A stretch of 63,232 bases of DNA from positions 1 to 63,232 of the forward strand of contig RBZT01000120.1 in the NCBI GenBank assembly GCA_003693705.1. Reading direction: 5' to 3'. The stretch is from Polymyxa betae A26-41 (taxonomy: Eukaryota; Protista; Endomyxa: Phytomyxea). A program made the translations under genes and the position numbers. Below are positions 52,884 to 63,232 of this stretch, piece after piece; positions within the stretch are counted from its first letter, which is position 1; every line of letters begins with the position of its first letter. The notes under the pieces were generated by a model. It did not search any database. It was not told the origin of the DNA and worked only from the letters and a program-made list of their open reading frames with translations.

Positions 52884-53039
52884 TGTGAAGGTCCCGCCAA
52901 AGAACGTCCGTGACAGAAACGGGGTCGCGCCGCAGGCAACACAGTGTGGGCGCAGTCTACTCGGGTTCCCCTATGTAGACATGTCCCTGTGACAGACAGC
53001 AGAGACGGTTCGGTCTATCAACTCGAAATCGTTCGGTTT

Positions 53040-54830
53040 ATTCTACTATAATACTAAATATTTCTGCTGCTGTGATTTTAGCTTTGAATATCGATTCTAC
53101 AGCATAGAAAATATACATAGCAGATTCGGAATAGCGGCGATCAATATGTCGTAGGCGGTACTTCATGATGGTACTTAGAGAGATTTTACCACCTTCGAGA
53201 TCCTCGGTCCATCCATACACTCCATTAACGATTATAAAAGGGAAGCAAAACGATTTTAGTAATGGATTTTGAGTATTGACCGATACTCTGTTATTGTGTC
53301 CTTCTCGTACAATGTCAAATTCTTGAATGGCCTGACGGATCGCAGTATTAAAACTGTCAGGGATAATAGGGAGCAAGAGAACTGCATCAGGAATTCTTCC
53401 ATGTCGGTGAATTGGTTCTTCGACGTATTGTTCTCGGAAATGTCGAAAGAGGCTTACAAAGAATATTTGTTGATATCGACGCATAAGTTAATCTTGAACA
53501 CGCAATTCGCGAACCGCCTCATTCAACATTGGTATTCTTTCCGTCGCACAAATCCGTCGAGGGTTCAATTCCATTAGACATAATAATCCGCGCATTCGAT
53601 CGACATTTGGCCGTATTACAGGAATATTTAATCGAACGTCTGCATGATATTGTGCAAGGAAAGAATTTCCTAGAGATGTAGATACACAATGACAATCTAA
53701 CATACTTAGATCTACGCTCTAGCTCCGATAAGCAGCAACACCAGCAGGTGCGTTGGCCAGTGACAAACTCTGATACGTCTCATTCTTCGACATTCTAACA
53801 CATGACCTGTTTCACTGATTCTCGCTAATTCCCCCCCCCCAAGATGCCCATTGCATCAAATGAAAACTGCCAGGATGCTGTAGAAATGCTGGCGATATCC
53901 ATTGTGCATCTCGTTCGACATAAAACCGAGGATTTGAACGGATACTGAACTCCACATAAAGGACATGACATCTGATTTGGATTAATGCATTGGAATCGAT
54001 AGTTGACTACATCATGCAGGAGTTTCCGGTTAGTTTCAAATCCACCAGTTCGCGCAACAAAATCTTCTCTATTAACGTTCCTAGGTAATCGCAGTGGATA
54101 ATTTGCTACAATAGTAGGGGGAGAGAGGGTGGATAATAAATAAGATGTGAGTTCAGTAATGTCGATTCGCGAAGAAATCGCCGACGTATTCTGATATCGC
54201 ATTGGTGATTTGGGGGAAGTTCAATCAACCGACCAGGAATAAAAAGCGATAGACGTCTATAACAAAGACAAGTAAAGAATTCATGTCTCTCCTGAACTCC
54301 TGGAATTCGCCTCTGGATCCAGACCACTGTGTTAGGGGTAAGCCATTCCCCGATGCGTAAATGTCTCCATCGACACTGTCTATAGAGGTTGAGGTAAGCT
54401 GCAATGCGACATTGACCAAAATACGCATGCTGATGAGCATTTTCCATAGTTTCATGTGAGGCGCAAAACCATTTACAGGAGAACGAATAAGCACCAGTTT
54501 CAAAATTACACAATACACAAAAATTACCTTCGACTGCCAAGTCAATTGCAAAGGTCTACTATGTCTGTTACAGACAGTGATAACATGTTGTAAAACAACC
54601 ATGAGATCCGAAGTAGGGCCAGACAGATGTCTAAAACATTGTTCAGGGAGTGAACACGTATAGAAGTGGCGAGGTCGTCCGTGTTTATCATGTTTATCAC
54701 CTAGAATTAATTTAGGAATCAGTTAGAGAATAGGACAGATTACGTTACCTGCTCGAGGGATCCTGCGATGAATCCATATTTCATGATCGACTTGATGGTC
54801 TCCATCATATAGATAACTTGGCCATCGAAT
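53040..54830 (-). pseudogene. Helitron RepHel N-terminal part
   Basis: CFPFIIVNGVYG (FP.LFP.G-like), KYRLRHIDRRYS...YIFYA, Cys/His-rich N-terminus; same strand and upstream of the Rep motifs. Confidence 0.75.
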
Positions 54831-55102
54831 ACACAATTCTTCCAGAAACATTACTTAAGTAGAATGAATTGGAAGCTGTGAATCAAGAGCAATCAAAAAA
54901 TATGAAAGATGATAGATACAGCGAATAGAAATATGGATGTATTTAGAAGTATTATAAAGTAGAATAGTTTAGATAATTATGGATATATTAGAGAGATCCG
55001 TAAATGAGCTATGTTTTTTGACAACGGAATTTCCTATAACTGCGCGTTCCTAGTAGTTTGAAAGGTTTCCGCAATTCGCTAGAAATCTGACCATATCTCG
55101 CT

Positions 55103-56219
55103 ATGGATTCGACATCGATGGTTTCTGATCAAGAACAAATACCCACAACGATGCCAGAGGTAAACTTGCCCGGGCTGTATCGACAGCTTCTGCAACCATA
55201 GTCGAGCTCCTTGATTGTAAAGAGAGCCAACAGACTGTCGACCATAGCACTGGAGTTAGAGATGTTTGAGCACGATGAGAACTGTCCCTTCTGTGTTTAA
55301 GATTTTGACGAACTTCAGAATAGAAGAATTTGAAGAGCTATGCTGTGCTGTTTGTCCTGTCATTGCAACTCGCGCACGCTCTTCTGGTGATATCATTCAC
55401 CGAAATTATCCCCTCAGCAAAGGCTTTTGAATTTCATACTTTATCTTAAGCATGATAATACAACTGTCTTTGACGATCACCAGTGGAACTGGGCAAAGAG
55501 CTCTGTTCGAGGACGACATTTTTATAGCGTCTTGCATCGATCATGCATGTGGGAATGAGATATGTTGGCCCAATGCAGAAGAAAGAAAGAAGCTTGGACA
55601 GCAGATACCTGAATTTCATGGATGTTTTAGGATGATTGACGGGACCCTATGTAAAATCAGAAAACCTTCAGGCCCAGATCACAAGAAGTTTTACAACGGC
55701 CAAAAGTCGATCTACTGCATGAACAATATCGTCATTATCGACCACCAAGGCCTGATTATCTATATCGATCCTGGGTATCCAGGATCCTATCATGATGTAA
55801 ATTGTCTACGACACTCAGAGATCAGTCAAAATTGGCAGCAATATTTCGCCATTACTGAGGATTATCAGGAATACCTTTTGGGCGATCCCGGTTATATGGG
55901 AGATGTCTTCATAATGAGAATGGTCGATCGAAGAAAAATACCGGATGATGCAGATGAAACCGAATTATCTGCCATTGAAGCCTATAATAAGATGCATGCA
56001 GGGTATCGAATCCAAGTGGAATGGGGCATTGGTGGTCTCAAACGCAAGTTCATGCGAATGATGAAAGGGTTTGATGCCAGCAAAGATACGTTTCCACTGA
56101 TGTTTCGAGCCGCTGCTATATTGACAAATTTCATTCATCGTAGACGCCAAGACTTTTCATCTATTGTTGAAGATGGCCCCGCTATCGTTGGCAATTATGG
56201 ATGGGAAGGAGATTACTAG
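55103..56219 (+). pseudogene. Harbinger DDE_Tnp_4 transposase (5' part frameshifted, catalytic core open)
   Basis: MIDGT, YPGSYHD, LLGDPGY, YNKMHAGYRIQVEWGIGGLKRKF. Confidence 0.93.
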
Positions 56220-56235
56220 TATGTTGAACACTTCT

Positions 56236-57025
56236 TTATAAATTCATGATGGCTTTTACTTTCACCTGCAGCTGGTCCTTTGTGATTACACCCAGCTGAA
56301 ATGCAATATTCAACTGCTCTATTTCCGATCGATTGACGATAGATTTTGTTGCTAGTTTGAAATCATTACTCATCTCTTTTACAGACTGCACTTGCTGTTG
56401 CAGTAGTGTCATCTTGCTTGGTTTGCTGTCGGATGTATATTCATCGGGGGCTTCGCTGGCATCGAGATTCATGTTTGCCTTGCAAACTGAATTTTGGGTC
56501 GTCTCAGACTTCGATTCGATGAGTTTAAGCCTTTTGTTGAGGACGTTCCTCTGAGCAAATGTTTTGGAATTCCTGAACTCTCTTCAGGAACTCTCCGCTT
56601 TGCAGAGTTGCTTTGTCACCTTCCGCTTTGTTCGAAGTACCAGTGTTTAATTCTTTCAAAGTGGTTTTGACACGGGCTTTGAGGTGCTGAAACCGCATTC
56701 AGGATAGCGCTCTTTGAACTCAGCAATCATCTAAACTTCCACGTGAATGGCTTTCATACGAGATCGAAACTAAAAAGGATACCTTCTTCCATACTGCAGC
56801 AGGGAATATTTGAGAAACGTTCTTTCTTGTTTCACTGTATTCAGAGAAGTATAGGTGATACGATGACATGAGCGCTGCCAATTGCTCGTTCTGAAGCAAC
56901 TGACGACTTCTCTTGCCCAAGGATGACGATTCAGGCGAAGTTATAGCAGAGCCCCAAATATCGAGCGAGGATGACGACGAAATCAGAGACAACTCCAATG
57001 CGTCGAGACTACCATCGTCGCCCAT
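56236..57025 (-). pseudogene. Harbinger accessory (Myb/trihelix-like) gene, spliced
   Basis: ORFs 56720-57025 (AAVWKKV, then intron) and 56236-56472 inside the TIRs, convergent with the transposase. Confidence 0.6.
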
Positions 57026-57057
57026 GATAGGTCAGATGTGAACGACTCTTGACAAAC

Positions 57058-57113
57058 TCGTAGCCAAACTTGGGGGACCACCGATTCCGGTGGTCCCCCA
57101 AGTTTGGCTACGA
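57058..57113. repeat. Perfect hairpin, 26-bp stem and 4-nt loop
   Basis: TCGTAGCCAAACTTGGGGGACCACCG-ATTC-CGGTGGTCCCCCAAGTTTGGCTACGA. Confidence 0.95.
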
Positions 57114-57808
57114 TTTTTTCTGCACACCAGACTGCGCAGGCTGCGCGCACCCCAAACTCGGAGCCAACTCCTAGCGAGAGCTACTGATTTCGCACAATTT
57201 ACGGATCTCTCTATTATAAATATAGTATAGGAGATAGGATAGGTAATAGTTAAATTAATAGATTAGTATAGATTAGTATAGTACAAATATAGATTGTACT
57301 AGAGTAGATAAATTGTTAATAAGATTATAGAATATAATAGATAGAAAGAGTACAAGAGTAATAGAATAAATAGAGTTGGAGTAATAATATAATAATTGCC
57401 GTTAACGATATAGATTGAAAGTATAATAGAGTAAAGAGATAATCGGCGAATCGTATTGATATCAAATAGAGACACCTACAGAATGAGGCAATCTACTAAA
57501 TGCTGATGTTGAGATTGCAAAGATGATTGCAGAATGATTATATTAGCTAGATTACAAGCCTTTAAATATAGAATCGGAGAAGGCTCGGAGGCTGTCCAGT
57601 TCATCGGAGTTGAATACGCATCGGAGCCTATATTCATCGGAACCGGAGGTTAGCAGTCATCATCAGTTAAATACTGCGTTACTAATCAATATATAGCGTA
57701 AATGTTATACAAAAATAAGATATACTGTTAATAAGAATACGGCTTATCTTTGACCAATTCCAACCCCCTGACCCTGTATCAGAATAGCGATTCCCTGGTG
57801 TGAATCAC

Positions 57809-58115
57809 GACCAGCCTCCAAGCACTTAACAGATGTCGGTAACCGGTAACCAGTTTATTTCAGACAATGCTGCCTTGAGTTCACCAAAATTAATTGAATC
57901 CCCCAAAGAGCAAATCGAACCCAACAGCGCTGACTAGAAGGTATTAAGATTTATCCTCAACTGAGATCTTCCTTGGTGTCATTCTGGACCAGCGTCCAAG
58001 CACTTAACAGATGTCGGAAATCGGTAACCAATTTATTTCAGACAATGCTGCCTTGGGTTCACCGATACGAACAAGATTCCCCAAAGTGCACGTCGAACTC
58101 GACAGCTCTGACTAC
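57809..58115. repeat. Tandem dimer, period ~178 bp
   Basis: GACCAGC.TCCAAGCACTTAACAGATGTCGG...CAGACAATGCTGCCTTG near 57809 and 57987. Confidence 0.85.
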
Positions 58116-59042
58116 CAAGTTCTTCGAAAACGATTTTAGGAAATATTAAAGACTATCAGGGTAAAGGTTAGGAATATGAGTTACAGGTTACCAGGATTCA
58201 AATTTGCATAGAGAAAAAGGTTGCTACGAATCGCTACGTTACACACTGAGATAGATGATAACAACAAGTAGCATCATTGCGAATTAATTCTATTGACGGC
58301 TTACTTCGGTTTGTGTGGAAGGACCGGAAGGGCCGAGGTTTCTCGTTCTCTCGAAAAACCTCTTCAGCCCTTTCCCCGTTTGTTTTATTATTCTCCGTCT
58401 TATCAGTTTTCTGGTTTCTCGTCGGTATTTGTTTGGGCGTCTCCGAGCTTCTATCTTGGGGGCGCCTATTTCTCTTGGGTGTTCTCAGGCATCTTGCTTG
58501 GGGGCGCCCTTTTGCCATGTAGCTTTTTCATTGAATCTAGGCTTGGCTGGCTACGGGGTCGATCGTCAAACGGGGGGAGAGAGAGAGAGCAGAAGGTTGA
58601 ATGACGACGAGGGAGGCGACGCACCCTCCCGGCATCTCGAAATGCCGCCGCGGACCGAGCCGCACTTCTCGATTAGGGCTCACTTACCATATATTAGAAA
58701 CCTTCGTGGCCTTCAATAACGGTAATCGTCCTTGTTCGCTCCTTGAGGTTCGCTCCTACGTCCGAGTACCTACGATTGATATATAATGACGAAAGGAACA
58801 ATGATCATTCATTATATATTCGATGATTGATCGTTAGCTTTAAAGTACTGGAAAAGATACCTAACAACGGCACTAGCGATTATAGTCAGATTGGGATTTT
58901 ACATATAGAGCAGTTGTAAGTGCTGTGGAGCGTGAAAGCGTCAATCGATATACAGCAGCTACGTTAGTACCGGTTTTAGACGTACTGGAATGGAGTCGAC
59001 CGTACTGCTCGATAGAAAAAGACTGTAAAAGTAGTTCAGCCT

Positions 59043-59260
59043 CACAGGAAGGAAGGACAGCTGCCTTTACACGCGGTCTTACGCATATTTCTGCGGACAC
59101 CCAGCGTAATACTGCTTTTCAGAATCCTTTCTGCGTTATCCTGCGAATTGTTAGAGCTGCGTAGCGGAATTGCGAGCTTCGACGGATGTGAAGTCGCATT
59201 TTCCTGCCTTAGTCCAAATTTGAGATCAGTTTCCAGCGTTTTTTCATTTTGCAAAATTCT
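59043..59260. mobile_element. Possible CACTA/CMC-like left terminus
   Basis: Starts CACAGGAA, followed by CTGCG/TTGCG-rich motifs. Confidence 0.35.
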
Positions 59261-59781
59261 GCTTTTCAAATTGAGAATAAAAACGTTCTGTTGAAAAAAT
59301 GATTTAATGTTCATGTCTTTTTTGGAGACGTTCTGGTTCTGTTACTGGGTGCAGTGAAAGGCTCATGATTCCGATCACAGGTATCTTTACCTAATTGAAA
59401 GGTCCTTTATCGAATTTGTTATTGAAGCCAATACTGGTTTTGTTTTTCCAATTGCTTTTCATTCTGTTTACAATCTTTTACTGACTGTTTTCATGTATAG
59501 ATAGGTCCTGTCTGGCCTGTTACTCGAGCAACTGGTCTCAATATCGGGTCCCTATCAAGGCTGCAGGTATTGGACGGTTCCTGAAATTCAATCTAGGAAT
59601 TCCTAGACTAAATCGGAGCAACCTCGCAGGCAGTCTCACAGTATAAAAATTTGGACCGAGTCGTCGTAAATTTAGGATCTAGAATCGGCCCCAAGGACCC
59701 TTTCTAGATTTCTATTTTAGGAATAAAAACATACAGCCCATTGATTTTATAAAAAAAAACCATAATGCACCGCCACAGGAC

Positions 59782-60515
59782 CTAATCCTTTTTTATCAGG
59801 ACAGTCGGCAGCGCCATGAATTCTGCGTGCCGTTGTTTTGATTCCTCACGACGCTCCTCTCGGTCGAGAAGGGCTTGGGCTGCCCGGCGTTCTTCACGCC
59901 GGGCTTCTGCTTCACGGCGTTCATCCGCCTCCATTTTCATTAGCGTGAGAATACGGTCCTCACCGTCGCAGTTATCAGGCAACTTACGCTTCATGCGCAG
60001 TGGCCGCTCTGACACCCCTTTGCTTGGAGTTCTTATCTGACCAGCACAGCCGGTACGTGATAAAGGTTTCTTGTCTTGTTTTAAGGCGGATGGCGTTCCT
60101 GCTGAATGGACGAACTTCTCATCGCTGGCGCTCTCATATGAGCAAGTATTGGAGCTGCCTGCTGGCTGGTCCTCTTCGCATGCAGCCTCCTGCTCTGGCA
60201 TGGAGGTGTCTAGCATCACTCGCTCGTTTATCATCCTGTGGATCCTTTTCGCATCGCGGATGTAAGGGGGACAGTTGGGGTCTCCAGTAGGCACCTTTTT
60301 GTCACGAAGCTCTCTAAATTTTTCTTGAGGGCTTCTCCAGAACGAGACTGGCCGGTGGCTTTGTGATATTCCATAGCGACTAGTTCCCACTCTTCTGCTC
60401 CAATCGGTTTATATTTCACACAGAACATGTTCAGCGTGTTTAGATTTTCAATTGAAAAATTCACAGCTCCAGGAGCACGCCGCTTCTTCACTTTAACGTC
60501 TTTGAGATCAGCCAT
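59782..60515 (-). pseudogene. Myb-like accessory protein (DUF6818-like), one frameshift
   Basis: GAVNFS, PIGAEEWELVA, KVPTGDPNCPPYIRDAKRI, C-terminal coiled coil. Confidence 0.75.
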
Positions 60516-60724
60516 ACTTGATCCACGCGACGATTACAAGAGTGATTCCTCGTGACCCAATGCTGGACTCTGAACCTGGCGTCTTTGGAGAAAATATCTT
60601 CTTGCGGTAGCTTTCAGTCAGAAAAGCGCGGGCAACGAATGTTCTGTCGACTGTCGCCAGGTGTGATCTAGCCACGACTGAATCCTGGACGTTTAAATAA
60701 ACTGCTTTTTATTATCAATCAGCG

Positions 60725-61966
60725 ATGTTGTGGCTTATTTTTATGATCAAGCAGCGTCGTCGCCGCCACGTAGTCAGGAATATGTCGACACACAACAAGA
60801 TTCCCCGAGCATCGTTGCTATGGCCTGCTAATTCTCCATGGAGAATGCTGTGGGGCAGTGGTCACGACTCAGCTTTGCTTGTGGCGACCGGGTTTGATCA
60901 CGTCGCGTTCCGGCAAATATTAAAGCGATTCGAACCTGAATATCGGCTGTATACGCCGCATTCAAAAGATGGTTTCATCCGTGCTCGACGTAGCAACCAG
61001 GGTCGTCGTCGTTTAATGCGATGCGAAGACAATCTAGGATTGGTGTTTCTCTGGTGCCGGACTAGGTAATACTGTGGGTCTGATTGCTTCTCCTCGATGA
61101 TGCTGATACTGTGCATGCATAGATGCCCAATCTGGGTATTGACAATGATTTTCGGGGTCAGGTCATCGGTATGTGAAATCTGGCTAAAATTTGGTATTCA
61201 CATCCTCGATAATGTCGTCGTCAAGATGGTCGAGGCACGCATCGTCGTTCCAGATGCTGCGGCAATGCCACAATCCATCGAAGCGATTAGGGAGAGGCAC
61301 AATTTGCTTGATAATTTCTGGGCGGTAATTGATGGCCTTAAACTTTACATTTCTGAATGCGGTGATTGCTTGATACAGAACGCGTACTACAACGGTTGGA
61401 CGGCCGACTGCTATATTGGAAACCTGTTCATTTTCACCCCGGACGGCTGCATAGCATTCCGGATTCTGAATGCTCCAGGTTTCCGATGCTTACGTACATG
61501 AATTTCAGATAATTGATTTTATTCTCATTTAGGGAGTTGGCATGATGCAGAAATTGCGAAAGCAGGCGGGCTCTATGAAATGTTCAACGCGATGTACGAA
61601 CAGTTCGGAGCTAAAGTGATCGCCGATTCCGCATTTCCCCAAGGCGCGTATTGCTCAATTGCTCGTGCCTCGAAGGCGAACGAAGATGGACCACAGAATG
61701 AACAAGAGCTCGGATTCGAGCAGCAACTCACCAGTGCCCGACCGCCAGCAGAGTGGGGAATGCGGGCAATGCAAGGCGGATTCCCTCGCCTCAAAGCCCG
61801 TTTTCCTTATGAAGAACGGGGTCACCAACGAATTGTGATGCGTATGATATCAGCGCTGCACAACGCGCGGACCAGGATGGTTGGCATAAACCAAATCCGC
61901 AACGTTTATATGCCCGAGCTGGAAAAGGAGGCAGAAGGAATCTTCAATCTCCCGCATTATGGATAA
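60725..61966 (+). CDS. Harbinger-type DDE transposase, two probable introns
   Basis: TGFD, WAVIDGLKL, QNAYYNGW, NAPG/SWHD, VIADSAFP, AEWGMRAMQGGFPRLK, LHNARTR.VGINQI. Confidence 0.88.
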
Positions 61967-62098
61967 AATGACCCAAATAAAAAATTTAGAGAAAATGTAT
62001 TTCCGGGACCGATAGGCGTTTAGGGCTGCCTAAACCAAAATCTTCGAGTCACAGAAATTTAGTCTAGGAATTCCTAGATTGAATTTCAGGAACCGTCC

Positions 62099-62610
62099 AT
62101 TATATCGACTCTGTTTTTAAAGCCAGTATTTACTTTCTTTCTCCAAATTTTGTTTATTCACTTTTCTTATAGTTTACTGATTGTATTCATGTACAGGTTG
62201 GCCATGTTTGGCCTCTATTCGAGCAGATTGGCTTCAAGATCGGCGTCCCTATCAAAGGCGGCAGGTATTTTATCGACTCTGTTATTAAAGCCAATATTTA
62301 CTTTCTATCTCTAATTTTTGTTTATACACTTTTCATATAGTTTACTGATTGTATTCATGTACAGGTTGGCCATGTTTGGCCTATATTCGAGCAGATGGTC
62401 TTCAAGATCGGCGTCCCTATCAAGGCGGCTGATACTATATTGACTTTTTTATTAAAGCCAATATTTACTTTCTTTCTCTAATTTTTGTTTATTCACTTTT
62501 CTTATAGTTTACTGATTGTTTTCATGTACATGCTGGCCATGTTTGGCCTATATTCGAGCAGATGGGCTTCAAGATCGGCGTCCCTATCAAAGGCGGCAGG
62601 TATTATATTG
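62099..62610. repeat. ~168 bp satellite, three close copies, plus diverged units at ~59340-59571
   Basis: TTCGAGCAGA...TTCAAGATCGGCGTCCCTATCAA near 62218, 62386 and 62553. Confidence 0.92.
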
Positions 62611-63029
62611 TGTTAGGATCGAGTGAAAAGTCCCGTTTTATTGGTTAGATAAGCGGTGCGATGACTCGGGAGCAGAGGGTAGGACGCGGGGGACCGGTGT
62701 CCTGCAACGGAGCGACGTCAGGGAGTCCTCGGAGGCGGAGCGGCGGGGCACGGAGTGGAGCGGAGAGAGGGTCGGAGTGGAGCGGTGAGGGGATCGTAGT
62801 GGAGCGGTGAGGGGATCGTAGTGGAGCGTAGGAAGGACGTACGGAGCGGTGCCGGTGAGACGGAGGCGGAGCGGAGACGAAGGTGAGGCGAGGCGAGAGA
62901 ACGAAGCAATAGAGAGTCGGAGACGAGATGAGAAACGTATGAATTTTGGAGTTGATCGGAATGGTTGCGTGGAGGCCGCTCCTCGCCATTCATAGTAGGG
63001 AGACGAGGGGACCCGCGCAGTCCGTGACA
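62611..63029. repeat. Possible solo LTR (TGTTAGGA...TCCGTGACA), purine-rich, internal 22-bp duplication
   Basis: TG...CA with imperfect inverted ends, sharp composition change from the satellite; no TSD seen. Confidence 0.35.
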
Positions 63030-63232
63030 GTTAGGGCTCTTCCCCTATAGGAATCGTCAGCAGGGGCGCAGCCCTCTGCGCAGCCCCTCAGGAAGGGCCA
63101 GTACGACTGCCTGGTGGTCGGCTGGGCGGCTGCGAGTACTGTCATGCTCAATGGGCATGACATCGCCCCCCTCTTAGGCCTGGAGCGATTAGTCAGAGCG
63201 GGTCCTGGCCGGTCAGGGTGTCGCCGATGGAA

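Larger units (their letters stand above)
54990..57212 (+). mobile_element. Complete PIF/Harbinger-superfamily element with ATT TSD (Pangu-like), convergent ORFs
   Basis: Perfect 16-bp TIR AGAGAGATCCGTAAAT, ATT on both flanks. Confidence 0.9.
59572..62098. mobile_element. Complete PIF/Harbinger-superfamily element with ATT TSD, divergent ORFs
   Basis: Perfect 42-bp TIR GGACGGTTCCTGAAATTCAATCTAGGAATTCCTAGACTAAAT; ATT TSD; inserted in a satellite monomer. Confidence 0.95.

Noticed and set aside
54106-54540. BIR domain in the Cys/His-rich segment
   Set aside because: Ligand spacing does not fit; treated as an unclassified N-terminal region of RepHel.
57058-57120. Rho-independent terminator
   Set aside because: Eukaryotic transposon context, and the stem is far longer than a terminator needs.
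54984-57218. Two head-to-head Helitron 5' ends (ATCTCTCTA)
   Set aside because: Better explained as the TIRs of the Harbinger-type element with an ATT TSD.
1-63232. Fanzor/TnpB, rRNA or tRNA genes
   Set aside because: No RuvC plus zinc-finger motif set, and no recognisable rRNA or cloverleaf sequence by eye; a covariance search was not possible.

Overview
Eukaryotic, TE-saturated window (about 45% GC, short spliceosomal-type introns, two N gaps) with no recognisable intact host gene. Motif style (WIDD reverse transcriptases, DD39D mariner, CryptonS-like recombinase, AEWGMR-type Harbinger) suggests an oomycete or other protist-like microbe, but this is inference. Contents: four pieces of one chromodomain Ty3/Gypsy family (one full length, 18225-23833); a gag-less Ty1/Copia element with a half-tRNA PBS and non-canonical LTR ends, carrying a nested pogo element; older Copia remnants; an APE-RT LINE; hAT; CACTA/CMC transposase and termini; five PIF/Harbinger-superfamily pieces (two with ATT target duplications); a DD39D mariner; several tandem arrays; and a divergent Helitron RepHel gene split by a ~5 kb Crypton-like tyrosine-recombinase insert. 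That insert carries a repeat/variable-spacer array wrapped around an orphan ORF, the most unusual structure here. Almost all coding regions are frameshifted. Boundaries without TIR, LTR or TSD support are approximate.
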